Shown here in pieces: positions 36,101-44,292 of a DNA stretch of 55,395 nt. The notes under the pieces are model-generated. The model saw only the letters and a program-made list of their open reading frames with translations. It searched no databases and had not been told where the DNA came from. Location: positions 1-55,395 of the forward strand of contig CAYIBX010000005.1 of NCBI GenBank assembly GCA_964361785.1, in the 5' to 3' direction. Each line of letters begins with the position of its first letter. The first letter of the stretch is position 1. A program made the position numbers and the translations under genes. Source of the stretch: an uncultured Gammaproteobacteria bacterium (GTDB lineage: Bacteria; Patescibacteriota; Microgenomatia; UBA10105; UBA927).

Positions 36101-38585
36101 ATGCCCAGAACGGTTTCACCGGCAAGCCAAATTTCCCCAAGAGAAACGCGCTGGTATGGGTAACCGTACGGGAAAGTGCGGATAGCGGGACGGCGGATAA
36201 CGAGAGCAAGCTTCCGAACAAGCTTATTTCCCCGAAATCTTCGAGGGTGAGATGTCTTCCCAAATAAGTGTTGTAGAGGAAGTTCATGACGTTGCCGATC
36301 ATGGACGATGCGACCAGTAGTCCTCCGCCCAGAATTTGTTTTGATTGGATCAGATCAGCGAGGCGTTGTAACCGGTTTGCACGATTCGTAGAAGCAGCCA
36401 GGCGCAATAGTTCTTTTTCCTTCTTGGCTTCTTCGTGAGCCAAATGCAGTCCGTGGATGGTTTTTTCCCAATAATGCGGTTTGAATACAAGCTGATAGAC
36501 GGCGATAACTGCACCCCAACTCATCATGAGCCAGTAAAACGGAATGAAAAAAGTATATTTTATCAAGTCCCAGTGTCCCCGCTTGGCACAGCCGATCATG
36601 TAGTTATATAAATAGATGAAGTTTCCGAATACGAGCGATGAGACGGCCATGTAGAACACCACCGTGGGATACAAAGATTCAATCGTCGGACCGACTAACC
36701 AATACAGCGTAAAGTACGAGATGGTGATCGCCCACAAAATTGGGTTTATCAACATAAACGAAATTCTTCCACCCACGATTAACTGAAAGATCAAGGCATG
36801 GACGCCGTGGGAACGGAAAAAAAGAACTGGATCGCGCATTTGCACCAAATACGTTTGGATGTATCCTTTGATCCAGCGGGATCGCTGGCGGAACCAGTTT
36901 TTGGCGTTACCATTGGCTTCTTCCAGTGTCGTCGAATCGATAATGGCGGTCTTGTACCCGCTGGCAAAAAGTCTGGCGCCCAAATCACAATCTTCTGTCA
37001 CATTAAACGGATCCCAACCTTGTAACTCTATAAGTTTTGCCGCACGGAAATGATTACTCGTGCCCCCAAGCGGGATCGTCGTATTGATAGATTGCAATCC
37101 CGGAAGAATCACATCAAACCACAACGAATACTCTGCGGTAAAAAGTCGGGTCAGCAGATTGTCATGCGGGTTGTAGTAATTCAGCTTGGCTTGCAGACAG
37201 ACGACATGTTCTTTCTGTTTTGAAAATGCGATATACGCGATTTTTAGCTGTTTGGGATCCGGTTTATCTTCTGCATCATAGACGACTACATATTCACCTT
37301 TTGCTATAGCCAGACCATAATTGCTGGCTTTTGGTTTGGTTTTGGGTTCGCTGTGCGGCACCACGACCACTTTGACATACTCGGGCAATTGCATGGTGCG
37401 GGCGGCATCTATCGTGTGCTGGTCATCCTCCTCCAACAGAAGTAACACATCGAGATTGGCTTTGGGCCAATCCATTTGACTCATAGCATCCACGAACTGC
37501 GGAAGTACTTTGGCCTCGCGGTACAATGGGCACAATATGGTGTAGATAGGTAGCTCTGAGTCTCTGAGTTTGGCTATAGCGTCATCCTCGATTTGAATTT
37601 CCGGAGGAAAATGCAGACTTTTTAAAACCACATAGAGATTAAACAGCACATCCAGAAAGTATATGGAACTTAATATGCCGATAAAAATTATTGCAGTCTG
37701 CATCCAGTTCGTCGCGACCCCATAGAAAAGACCGGCCACAATGATGATAAGAAGCGCTTGTTGCCAACCAATCATGGTAACCATGGCTGATTTATGATGC
37801 GGCAGAGATGTGTGGGTCGTAAACCGCTTGCGTTTGTACGCAAATCCGCTCCCAAGCATAGACGTATCAGAAGAAGGTTTATATACGTGCACCCTTGTAT
37901 GAAAGAGCTTCGTCTTTATGGCCCCTTTTGCAATTTCCCAGGAAGTTTTCAAAAGATCTACTTTGCTTTCTCCCCCGTCCCGTGGTTGAAAATCAATATC
38001 GACGTGTCCCGGCTTTAGTCCCAGTTCATAGGCCATGTGAATAAGCGGGATATCGATAGCCCATGAAGAAATAAGTTTAGGATTAAGATGCTCAAAAACT
38101 TCGTGTGGAAAAATTTTCATTCCTGATTGGACGTCTGTTGTAAGATTCAATAATAATTTGCCAAAGACAAATGCGTTCGCACGAGAAAGAATACGGCGTA
38201 GGGTATTGTTTGCGTATGTTTTGCGGTTCGCGACGCCAAATCCAAACTTTTTCGCTTGTTTGTAAAGTTCTGGCAATATTTCTGGTGGATATTGTAGATC
38301 TGCATCAAGCATTGCTATGTAGTCATACGTCGTGTGCCTGAATCCCTCCAGAAGTGAATATCCTTTGCCCTTTTTGCCCTGTTTGATAAGTACGGATACG
38401 GGGTGAGCGTTTGAAAGATTTATTGCTATACGTCGTGTAGCATCAGTAGAGTTATCATCGACGAAGATAATTTCAAATGGTGTGTTCGTCAGCTCCATTG
38501 CGTTGGAAATACGTGTGACAAGTTCTTCGACAGATTCAGCTTCGTTATAGGTAGGCACGATGATAGAGAGGCCGTGTAATGTCAT
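33126..38585 (-). CDS. 1819-aa fusion: GT2 + processive GT2 + flippase + GT4 + kinase-like domain
   Basis: IVPTYNE/DADLQYPP; YDAED/TED/QRSRW; multi-TM MOP-like block; EGWGITTIEA; HRDLGADNI...LIDW. Confidence 0.85.
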   Translation of the reverse strand: MTLHGLSIIVPTYNEAESVEELVTRISNAMELTNTPFEIIFVDDNSTDATRRIAINLSNAHPVSVLIKQGKKGKGYSLLEGFRHTTYDYIAMLDADLQYPPEILPELYKQAKKFGFGVANRKTYANNTLRRILSRANAFVFGKLLLNLTTDVQSGMKIFPHEVFEHLNPKLISSWAIDIPLIHMAYELGLKPGHVDIDFQPRDGGESKVDLLKTSWEIAKGAIKTKLFHTRVHVYKPSSDTSMLGSGFAYKRKRFTTHTSLPHHKSAMVTMIGWQQALLIIIVAGLFYGVATNWMQTAIIFIGILSSIYFLDVLFNLYVVLKSLHFPPEIQIEDDAIAKLRDSELPIYTILCPLYREAKVLPQFVDAMSQMDWPKANLDVLLLLEEDDQHTIDAARTMQLPEYVKVVVVPHSEPKTKPKASNYGLAIAKGEYVVVYDAEDKPDPKQLKIAYIAFSKQKEHVVCLQAKLNYYNPHDNLLTRLFTAEYSLWFDVILPGLQSINTTIPLGGTSNHFRAAKLIELQGWDPFNVTEDCDLGARLFASGYKTAIIDSTTLEEANGNAKNWFRQRSRWIKGYIQTYLVQMRDPVLFFRSHGVHALIFQLIVGGRISFMLINPILWAITISYFTLYWLVGPTIESLYPTVVFYMAVSSLVFGNFIYLYNYMIGCAKRGHWDLIKYTFFIPFYWLMMSWGAVIAVYQLVFKPHYWEKTIHGLHLAHEEAKKEKELLRLAASTNRANRLQRLADLIQSKQILGGGLLVASSMIGNVMNFLYNTYLGRHLTLEDFGEISLFGSLLSLSAVPLSALSRTVTHTSAFLLGKFGLPVKPFWASLKQRTLVYSIGVSLLWLVITPLLMRFFRIDSALPFIIFTPVWVIGSFNAINGGFLNGNLLFTTTAITAVLESATKFAFTAGFVGTNLHQYVYASIPLSLLLVMLVEWWSISRLPNNNPAKSPKAGDLLLSRKFYFTSILTSLTKATYLSLDLILAKHFLTPVEAGAYSYLSLAGKMVYFLSSTVSQFLIPYVSRDLGAGTSPKQSFRRLLILISLVNLAAFLIFGAFGYITAPLLWGSKAILIIRYLPAYALAMALFSTTSVIITYQQIRGRHFFPIMAFLLALLMIVGMYLEHHSIGEIVLVVSIASVISLVGVLLLTRFYGVVVDVFHAFIDFIGLFKPLPPISPNTDGTLRILIFNWRDLRHKWAGGAEVYIHELAKRWVSQGHEVTIFSGNDGQSARFERIDGVRLIRRGGFYLVYLWAFLYYFLRLRGRYDVIIDSENGIPFFTPLYVSEPVLLLIHHVHQEVFRRSLIPPFSWLALFLERRVMPIVYRHTDVITVSPSSKHDILLNKLTVRDPHVIYNGVDRSIYVPGTKSNTPSILYLGRLSPAKSVHVLIHSVKSLIASIPDIQVTIAGDGPAKKSLERLTKKLNLDHIITFVGRVSEQEKIRLYQNTWVFVNPSLIEGWGITTIEANASGTPVVASNVAGLRDAVYDEHSGFLVPYSNVREFTAKIQHLLTDKNVRMKMSQESCLWASKFDWDTSAAATMKALKDTQGMQHEFTWIKSAKSPSYPKHLTLGTADYQGKTIFVKSWVNPPQSAFNEVHAYRNLATNLTGKVRLPKLLFVDRVGQTLNVGLEYIEGKTLNGFKETKQLAVYKQVLSALEQTDMPKHSTVKRPGSYLLATFPYILVKAAKLRPKFALLFLTSAFHFAMNSVNLLRGKLKLAHRDLGADNIIVTSKYIYLIDWQYVALTLPVYELVGAWRSLSRDRHLGSSFLKHIKNTHQWDALSWAQFKSLSIYYILLGLTDPKYHPTRVSDFIYILKTANRL

Positions 38586-38770
38586 ATGATAGTTTGAGTA
38601 GAATGCTCCAGCATAAATTGGGTAAGGTCTTCCTGCTTAATGCGATAGTAGCGACCTAATTTGATCGCTTTGAGCGTTTTGAGACGAATGTAGTCATACA
38701 CCGTAATGGGATTTAATTTAAGATAGTCGGCAGTTTCTCTGACGGTGAGAAGATGATCCAGTGCATTCAT
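38582..38770 (-). CDS. Excisionase-like (HTH_17) DNA-binding protein
   Basis: LLTVRETADYLKLNPITVYDYI...LKAIKLGRYYRI; ATGA overlap with the fusion gene. Confidence 0.85.
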   Translation of the reverse strand: MNALDHLLTVRETADYLKLNPITVYDYIRLKTLKAIKLGRYYRIKQEDLTQFMLEHSTQTII

Positions 38771-38939
38771 AACAATAATTTCTAAAATAATGAAAAAAAC
38801 GAGCATACGCTCGTTTTATGCCATCCGTTTGTGATATGCACAGACAGAGGTGTTGTGTATTCTATATGTCCTATAACTAATTGTCAATGGACATGAGTGG
38901 TTTAGTCTAGTTGAGTATAGGTGTCTTTTGACCGAGAGG

Positions 38940-40079
38940 TTAGAGAAGTTTGGTAAGCTCTTTTATAATGTGATCTTGTTCTAAACGTGTAATATCAGCA
39001 AATAACGGCAATCGTAAGAGCTGTTGGCTTATAGAAGTGGTCACTGGCAACGCTTCTTTATCACCACCGGATTTTTTGCCTTGCGGGCTCGAGTGGAGCG
39101 GAATGTAATGAAATGATGCGCCTATGCCGTTTTTTCGTAAGGAGGCTAGTACCTCATCACGTTTTTTAGCCGTTGGCAAGAGAATATAGAAAATATGGGC
39201 ATTGTGTTTGGCCCCTTTGGGAATAGTGGGAAGTTGAAAGAGCCCCTTTTTCTCATAGGGCGATAGTTTCTTCCTATAATACTCATACGCTTTTTTGCGA
39301 AGAGACGTAATTTTATCGATCTTTTCCAGTTGCGCGTAGAGGTACGCCGCTAGCAGGTCACTTGGCAGGTAGCTACTCCCCACATCCATCCATGTATATT
39401 TGTCTACGAGTCCTCGAAAAAATTTGCTTCTATTCGTCCCCTTTTCGCGTATGATTTCTGCTTGTTCTATAATCTTTACATTTTTCGTATTGATAAAGAG
39501 TGCGCCACCTTCACCACACGTGATATTTTTCGTGTCATGAAAACTCAGGCATCCAAAATCGCCAAACGTACCAAGCTGCTTTCTTTTGTATGTGCTCTCT
39601 ATAGCTTGTGCTGCGTCCTCAACGACTTTTAGTTTGTGCTCTCTTGCGATTTTCATTATTGCGTCCATGTCACAAGCGACGCCTGCATAGTGGACGACCA
39701 GTAACGCTTTTGTCTGTGGAGTAATTTTCCGTTTGATATCGTTGGGATCTATGTTTAGCGTATGTGGGTCTACGTCTGCAAATACTGCTTTTAATCCGTG
39801 TTGAAGAAGTATGGCATTGGCAGTTGAGGAGAATGTAAATGATGGCACGATCACCTCGTCGCCCTCGTTTAGATTAAGGAGTCTTACTGCCATCTCAAGC
39901 GCAGTCGTGCCAGACGTGGTCAGAAGTACTTTGGGTACTCCATAGCGTTTTTCAAACCATGCATGAACTTTTTTTGTGTACTCTCCATCTCCCGCCATAT
40001 CCTTCCGGTTATCAACAATATTTCTGATATATTTTATTTCGTTGCCTGTGATGTAGGGCTTGAAAAATGGAATGTTCAT
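38940..40079 (-). CDS. wecE: dTDP-4-amino-4,6-dideoxygalactose transaminase (DegT/DnrJ family)
   Basis: VEDAAQ, SFHDTKN, GEGG, REKGTNRSKFFRG.VDKYTW. Confidence 0.88.
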   Translation of the reverse strand: MNIPFFKPYITGNEIKYIRNIVDNRKDMAGDGEYTKKVHAWFEKRYGVPKVLLTTSGTTALEMAVRLLNLNEGDEVIVPSFTFSSTANAILLQHGLKAVFADVDPHTLNIDPNDIKRKITPQTKALLVVHYAGVACDMDAIMKIAREHKLKVVEDAAQAIESTYKRKQLGTFGDFGCLSFHDTKNITCGEGGALFINTKNVKIIEQAEIIREKGTNRSKFFRGLVDKYTWMDVGSSYLPSDLLAAYLYAQLEKIDKITSLRKKAYEYYRKKLSPYEKKGLFQLPTIPKGAKHNAHIFYILLPTAKKRDEVLASLRKNGIGASFHYIPLHSSPQGKKSGGDKEALPVTTSISQQLLRLPLFADITRLEQDHIIKELTKLL

Positions 40080-40081
40080 AT

Positions 40082-40108
40082 GTGGATCGTGTAGGATTTG
40101 AACCTACA
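40082..40108 (-). pseudogene. Isolated tRNA 3' fragment (T-arm plus acceptor strand)
   Basis: GTAGGTTCAAATCCTAC-ACGATCCA, about 18 nt downstream of tRNA-Val. Confidence 0.7.
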
Positions 40109-40126
40109 TTATATAAGATCCTTAAG

Positions 40127-40198
40127 TGGTCGGTGCAGGATTTGAACCTGCGACATCTGCAATGTGAATGCAGCGCTCTACCGCTGAGCTAACCGACC
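40127..40198 (-). tRNA. tRNA-Val(CAC)
   Basis: GGTCGGT/ACCGACC acceptor; CTGCA-TTCACAT-TGCAG anticodon arm. Confidence 0.95.
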
Positions 40199-40206
40199 AT
40201 ATCTTT

Positions 40207-40294
40207 ATGTGAATACAATGCTCTTCACCCGCGCCCGAACAAATTTGTTTTCAAATTTGCGCGGGTTCGGGTAAACCACTTCAGCTAGACGTCC
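40207..40294 (-). repeat. Degenerate tRNA-Val 5' half with a 50-nt palindromic insert in the D-loop
   Basis: GGACGTCTAGCTGAAGTGGT[TTACCCG...CGGGTGA]AGAGCATTGTATTCACAT. Confidence 0.75.
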
Positions 40295-40551
40295 TTCAAA
40301 TAATTTTTTAGTACTCTCTGTAAATAATTTCGTCCCCACTGCGTTTTAAAGAATTGTTCTCTACTCGTAGCATCTTGTTGATGCAAATACGCTTCGTAAT
40401 AGATTAGAATAAATGGCTTTCTATGTTTAGTACTTTCCACTTTGCCAGAGTTGTGATCTTGAAACCGACGCTTAAGGTTATCTGTATACCCTGAATAGTG
40501 TTTGTTATCGATTAAACTTCGTAAAATATATGTATAGTACACAGAATGCAA
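40285..40551 (-). CDS. Small GIY-YIG endonuclease
   Basis: YYTYIL...HYSGYT.NL.RR...HN.G...ST, ILIYYE, A..RE...K; start TTG 40551 or GTG 40542. Confidence 0.9.
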   Translation of the reverse strand: MHSVYYTYILRSLIDNKHYSGYTDNLKRRFQDHNSGKVESTKHRKPFILIYYEAYLHQQDATSREQFFKTQWGRNYLQRVLKNYLKDV

Positions 40552-40619
40552 CGCTCTTCACCCGTTCAAATTTTTGCATAGCAAAAACTTGTTCGGGTAA
40601 ACCACTGAGCTACAAGTCC
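40544..40619 (-). repeat. Degenerate tRNA-Val 5' half with a 43-nt palindromic insert in the D-loop
   Basis: GGACTTGTAGCTCAGTGGT[TTACCCG...CGGGTGA]AGAGCGTTGCATTC. Confidence 0.75.
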
Positions 40620-40651
40620 TCTAGAGCGTATTATATAAGGAAGATTTATAC

Positions 40652-41251
40652 TTATCCAGCTGCTGTAGCGAGAGAACGTTCATTGGAGAGTCCGAATGTG
40701 GTGCCGTGTTTTTTAAACATGCCCCAGTAGCCTAATTTCTTTTTGCGCCCCACACTCATATTGAGCCACACGCGACTGTCTTCAATTTGCTGGCGAAGAA
40801 CATGGATAAATGTACGCAGTTGATCGTAGTAGTTTATGTGATATATGCCCGGTGCCACAGGCGTTTGTTCTATAGCAGATTGCACGTCTTGACTTAGGTT
40901 TTTCAGAGACTGGGAAAGCGCCTTTAATTCTTGGCGTACTGCCTCAAGCTGTTGTCTAGTTTGTTCGGTGATAGCGTCGATAGATGTATTAGATACTTCC
41001 ATTTTTGGTGCTTCCATTTGCGGTTTGGCTACTTCCTGTACTTGAACGCCTAGTTCTATCGTTTGATTGGGCTGAAGCTCTCCTGATACTGGTAGAGCGC
41101 CACCAACTAGAGAAGAAAATATAGTTTCGCCGATAGTTGTAGCCATAGTTGCCGTATTGATTGCCACGTCAGAACTTACGCCGCGAAGCTGCTCGAGCAC
41201 ATTATCGTTTTTGAAATTGACAGGCTTATTTTTTGGAGTCGTTTTGGTCAT
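40652..41251 (-). CDS. DUF5660-like protein
   Basis: GIYHINYY...IEDSRVWL...YWGMFKKHGTTFGLSNER C-terminus (family recalled, not searched). Confidence 0.65.
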   Translation of the reverse strand: MTKTTPKNKPVNFKNDNVLEQLRGVSSDVAINTATMATTIGETIFSSLVGGALPVSGELQPNQTIELGVQVQEVAKPQMEAPKMEVSNTSIDAITEQTRQQLEAVRQELKALSQSLKNLSQDVQSAIEQTPVAPGIYHINYYDQLRTFIHVLRQQIEDSRVWLNMSVGRKKKLGYWGMFKKHGTTFGLSNERSLATAAG

Positions 41252-41312
41252 GTGGCGCAATTATACTACATGAGCGCAAATAAAACAAAAAAATTTAACG
41301 CGAATAAATTTC

Positions 41313-42161
41313 CTAGAGGGTCGAGAGGAAATCAAGTGTTTTTTGGCGTCGCAGCATATTCACGAGGTAATATTTTTGCTCCTCAAATTGTTTCTTTTCG
41401 GCATCTGTTTTGGCTGTAGCTAACATTTTTGCAAGATCTGCATCTTCTACCGTGATTTTTTCTTTATCAGCCACAACTTCAAGAGTAAATTCGAGAGTGA
41501 GTGCTCGCGTCGCATTTGCTGCATATTCTTGGCGTACTGACTCGGCGGTACGGTTGGTAGAAGCCAAGTACTGCTCGACCGTAAGGCCAAGTTTTTTGGT
41601 TTGATCGACGAGTTGCGAGAGCTGATGGGTAACTTCGTGCTCGATAAGAATAGAGGGAATAGTAGCTTTCGTGACCTGTATAAGCTTGGTGATGATCTCA
41701 TCAAGTGTCGCTTTTTTATCTTCGGGTTTCAACTCTTCTTTTCCAGGGAGTATAAGTGTATTTTCTTTTTCACGCTTTAGTTCTTGGATGACTTTTTTGT
41801 ACTCCCCCACTTCTACTATTGGTTTTTCACAAGTTTTAGCTAAGACAATCCAATCTGATTGTTCTTTCGCTTCCTTAAGCTCGATTTGGGGCATGAGGAT
41901 TGGTTTTATGTTGTGTTTTTCTACCGCATCTGCATATACTTTAGGAATCAAGCGTTTGATTGCTTCCTCGTAAACCGTATTTTTATTCAGGCTGTCTTCT
42001 ACCATTTTTCTTGGAGCCTTGCCTTTTCTAAATCCAGCAAGTTCTGCATCTTTCACAAAATCATCCACCACCATTTCATACGTGGATTGTATCGTGTTCC
42101 ACGGGATTATAAACGTAAGCTCAATTGTGCCATCAGAGGTAATTGTTTTGGTAGAATTCAT
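41313..42161 (-). CDS. tig: Trigger factor, apparently lacking the PPIase domain
   Basis: GFRKGKAP ribosome-binding loop; only about 282 aa. Confidence 0.85.
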   Translation of the reverse strand: MNSTKTITSDGTIELTFIIPWNTIQSTYEMVVDDFVKDAELAGFRKGKAPRKMVEDSLNKNTVYEEAIKRLIPKVYADAVEKHNIKPILMPQIELKEAKEQSDWIVLAKTCEKPIVEVGEYKKVIQELKREKENTLILPGKEELKPEDKKATLDEIITKLIQVTKATIPSILIEHEVTHQLSQLVDQTKKLGLTVEQYLASTNRTAESVRQEYAANATRALTLEFTLEVVADKEKITVEDADLAKMLATAKTDAEKKQFEEQKYYLVNMLRRQKTLDFLSTL

Positions 42162-42205
42162 TCCCAAAGTGTATCACATGAAGCTATGTGTAGCCAAGTC
42201 CTGTA

Positions 42206-42619
42206 TTAATCGTTTATTCCAAGATCCAAATCAAGGGTTGGTGGCGTAAAAAGACCTTCCTGAAACGTAAAGTTGCTGATCTCTGCAGAAAATGATGCAT
42301 TTTTAATGCTAAACGCTATAAATGCATCAGTAGTAGACAGAGCTGATGGCTTACGAATTGGTGTCGGGGTGGGAGCAGCGGTAGGAGTGACGATGACTTG
42401 TTCTGTCGGCGCATTTTCCTTTCTGTTTTGAAGAAATACTGCGATCAGCGTAATGATGAGAATAAGAATAATACTTACGAGTATCACAAGTATCGGCAAA
42501 GGCTTTTTTGTGATTGTATTGGTAGGTGGAGACACTGGTGGCAGCGTGATATTAGGAGTTTCTGGTCCTTTAGTCGGTGGCGTTGGTATCGTTTGTGTAT
42601 CTTCCATATTAGTCATCAT
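42206..42619 (-). CDS. Hypothetical single-TM Pro/Thr-rich protein
   Basis: ORF composition. Confidence 0.6.
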   Translation of the reverse strand: MMTNMEDTQTIPTPPTKGPETPNITLPPVSPPTNTITKKPLPILVILVSIILILIITLIAVFLQNRKENAPTEQVIVTPTAAPTPTPIRKPSALSTTDAFIAFSIKNASFSAEISNFTFQEGLFTPPTLDLDLGIND

Positions 42620-43415
42620 ACGTTAACGCTTTTTCAATTTCTGTAATAAATGATGAGCCCTCTCCCAAATACTGCCGAGCAGAAGAAAGATCTTGTAAAA
42701 GTACGACAAATTTACGATCCTGGTCAGCGACGTCTCCGGTAAGTTTAAATGTACCGGTTCTGACGCCATCGACTTTTTGTTGATATAAGCTGCGCTTATT
42801 AGAAAGAGCTAAGATGAAGCGATCGAGTGTCGCTCGTTTGGTGTCTGTCATAGAAGAGCGATTTGCATTGACTATTGCTTGCGCTTGACTGGCAAGTGTA
42901 TCAAACTGCTTGGCAAAATAGCGTAAGTAGCCGAGTTGGACTGCTATGATAGTTTGTCGGTAAGAAGACTGCAGTATGGGATAGTGTTTGATAAATTCAC
43001 TAGACATTTTTTCTACATCAGCCAAAGAGGAGAGTGATGGCGCCATAGATGTTTCTTGATCAAGGAATGCGATTTCATTGGTAATAATTTTTTGATAAAG
43101 ATCAAGTTCAGCAGGAGGCATGGATGGACTTTCCGTAAGCATTTCGTTTAAAAACAAAAAGTACGTGCGTGCAACTTGATTTCGTTGGCCCACAGCAGTT
43201 TTTACCTTTTCTAGGGCGTCTTGCTCACTGGAGAGTGAGCCATATTTTTTAAATTCTCCGAGTGCGACGCGGTAGTCACCAAATATCTGACGATAGATAT
43301 CGAATTGAAATTGGAAGTCTTGATATGCCTGTACAGACGTTGCCTTTACGCTAGAGGTAAAAGACAACCCCAGAATAAAGAGTGCCGCATATATAAAAAT
43401 TCGTTTGAAAACCAT
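42609..43415 (-). CDS. Hypothetical secreted helical protein
   Basis: Signal peptide from MVFKRIF; the longer upstream ORF extension overlaps a tRNA. Confidence 0.65.
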   Translation of the reverse strand: MVFKRIFIYAALFILGLSFTSSVKATSVQAYQDFQFQFDIYRQIFGDYRVALGEFKKYGSLSSEQDALEKVKTAVGQRNQVARTYFLFLNEMLTESPSMPPAELDLYQKIITNEIAFLDQETSMAPSLSSLADVEKMSSEFIKHYPILQSSYRQTIIAVQLGYLRYFAKQFDTLASQAQAIVNANRSSMTDTKRATLDRFILALSNKRSLYQQKVDGVRTGTFKLTGDVADQDRKFVVLLQDLSSARQYLGEGSSFITEIEKALTYDD

Positions 43416-43466
43416 ACTTTTATAGTACGAAGTGTGGGGGAAAAGAGCAAGCGAGCATCTTATTTG

Positions 43467-43548
43467 TGCCGGGAAGAGGAATCGAACCTCCAAGAGTTGC
43501 CTCACAGGTTCCTAAAACCTGCGCGTCTACCAATTTCGCCATCCCGGC
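43467..43548 (-). tRNA. tRNA-Leu(TAG)
   Basis: CAGGT-TTTAGGA-ACCTG anticodon arm; long variable arm. Confidence 0.95.
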
Positions 43549-43575
43549 ATAATACCCGCTTGTATTATATCGTGG

Positions 43576-44124
43576 TTAGATAGTAACTGCTAGATCGCCG
43601 ACTGCTTTTGGCGCAAAGCCATCGATGGCATTTAAAAAGAAATGTACGTTTGTGGCCCATCGAGGGGAAGCTGCATAAATACGGCCTATTTGTTCGATAG
43701 TAGTAGCACCTTTGTCCATATACTTATAACGCAGGCCTTCAGATACGGTGGTAATGCCATCTTTCCATGAGACAAAATGTTTGCCGTCATTATGTCCCGT
43801 GAATATAGCCCACCCCCACGCGTTGTAGGAATTTGAGGGTATACGTTTGCCAAACGTCGATTCAGTGCCAGCTATGGCAGCTACAAGCTTCCAATCAAGA
43901 TTTAGCCGATCTGCTTCCTTGATGAGAAAGCCAGCTTCACTTGCCAGAGGAGAATTGTGTGAACGAAGATAGGCTTCTAGTTGGACTGCTCGCTGGTCGA
44001 TTGTAATCATAGCAAAGCTCGCAATAGCAGATGTCCCAGCGACTTGTGAAAAATGCGCATGAATAGCTTTGGCAGATGCCAAAAGCATGAGAGTAAGTGC
44101 AATAATGGTTAGGGCGTTTTTCAT
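43576..44124 (-). CDS. Secreted lysozyme-like / glucosaminidase-family protein
   Basis: LVAAIAGTESTFG, YNAWGW, IGRIYA. Confidence 0.7.
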   Translation of the reverse strand: MKNALTIIALTLMLLASAKAIHAHFSQVAGTSAIASFAMITIDQRAVQLEAYLRSHNSPLASEAGFLIKEADRLNLDWKLVAAIAGTESTFGKRIPSNSYNAWGWAIFTGHNDGKHFVSWKDGITTVSEGLRYKYMDKGATTIEQIGRIYAASPRWATNVHFFLNAIDGFAPKAVGDLAVTI

Positions 44125-44292
44125 AAAACAAAAAATCCTAAAGCAAACTAATAAATTAGTAAACCTTAGGATCTAGAAGAGAATATACCCTATAATTAAT
44201 CGTTTGTCAAGTATTATGGGCTTATCGTGGTAGAAAAGAAGCACTTCTATAGTAGTCTATATGAGGCTAATTGGCAGTTCTATGGGCTATAT

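Noticed and set aside
38582-38770. Excisionase as evidence of a prophage
   Set aside because: No integrase or phage genes are nearby, and it is coupled to the glycosyltransferase operon
40207-40619. Intron-containing or trans-spliced tRNA-Val
   Set aside because: No group I core is visible, the 5' halves' acceptor strands (GGACTTG, GGACGTC) do not pair cleanly with the 3' fragment (ACGATCC), and an intact tRNA-Val is adjacent
40207-40619. CRISPR-like array
   Set aside because: Only two degenerate copies, separated by a gene; no cas genes in the window
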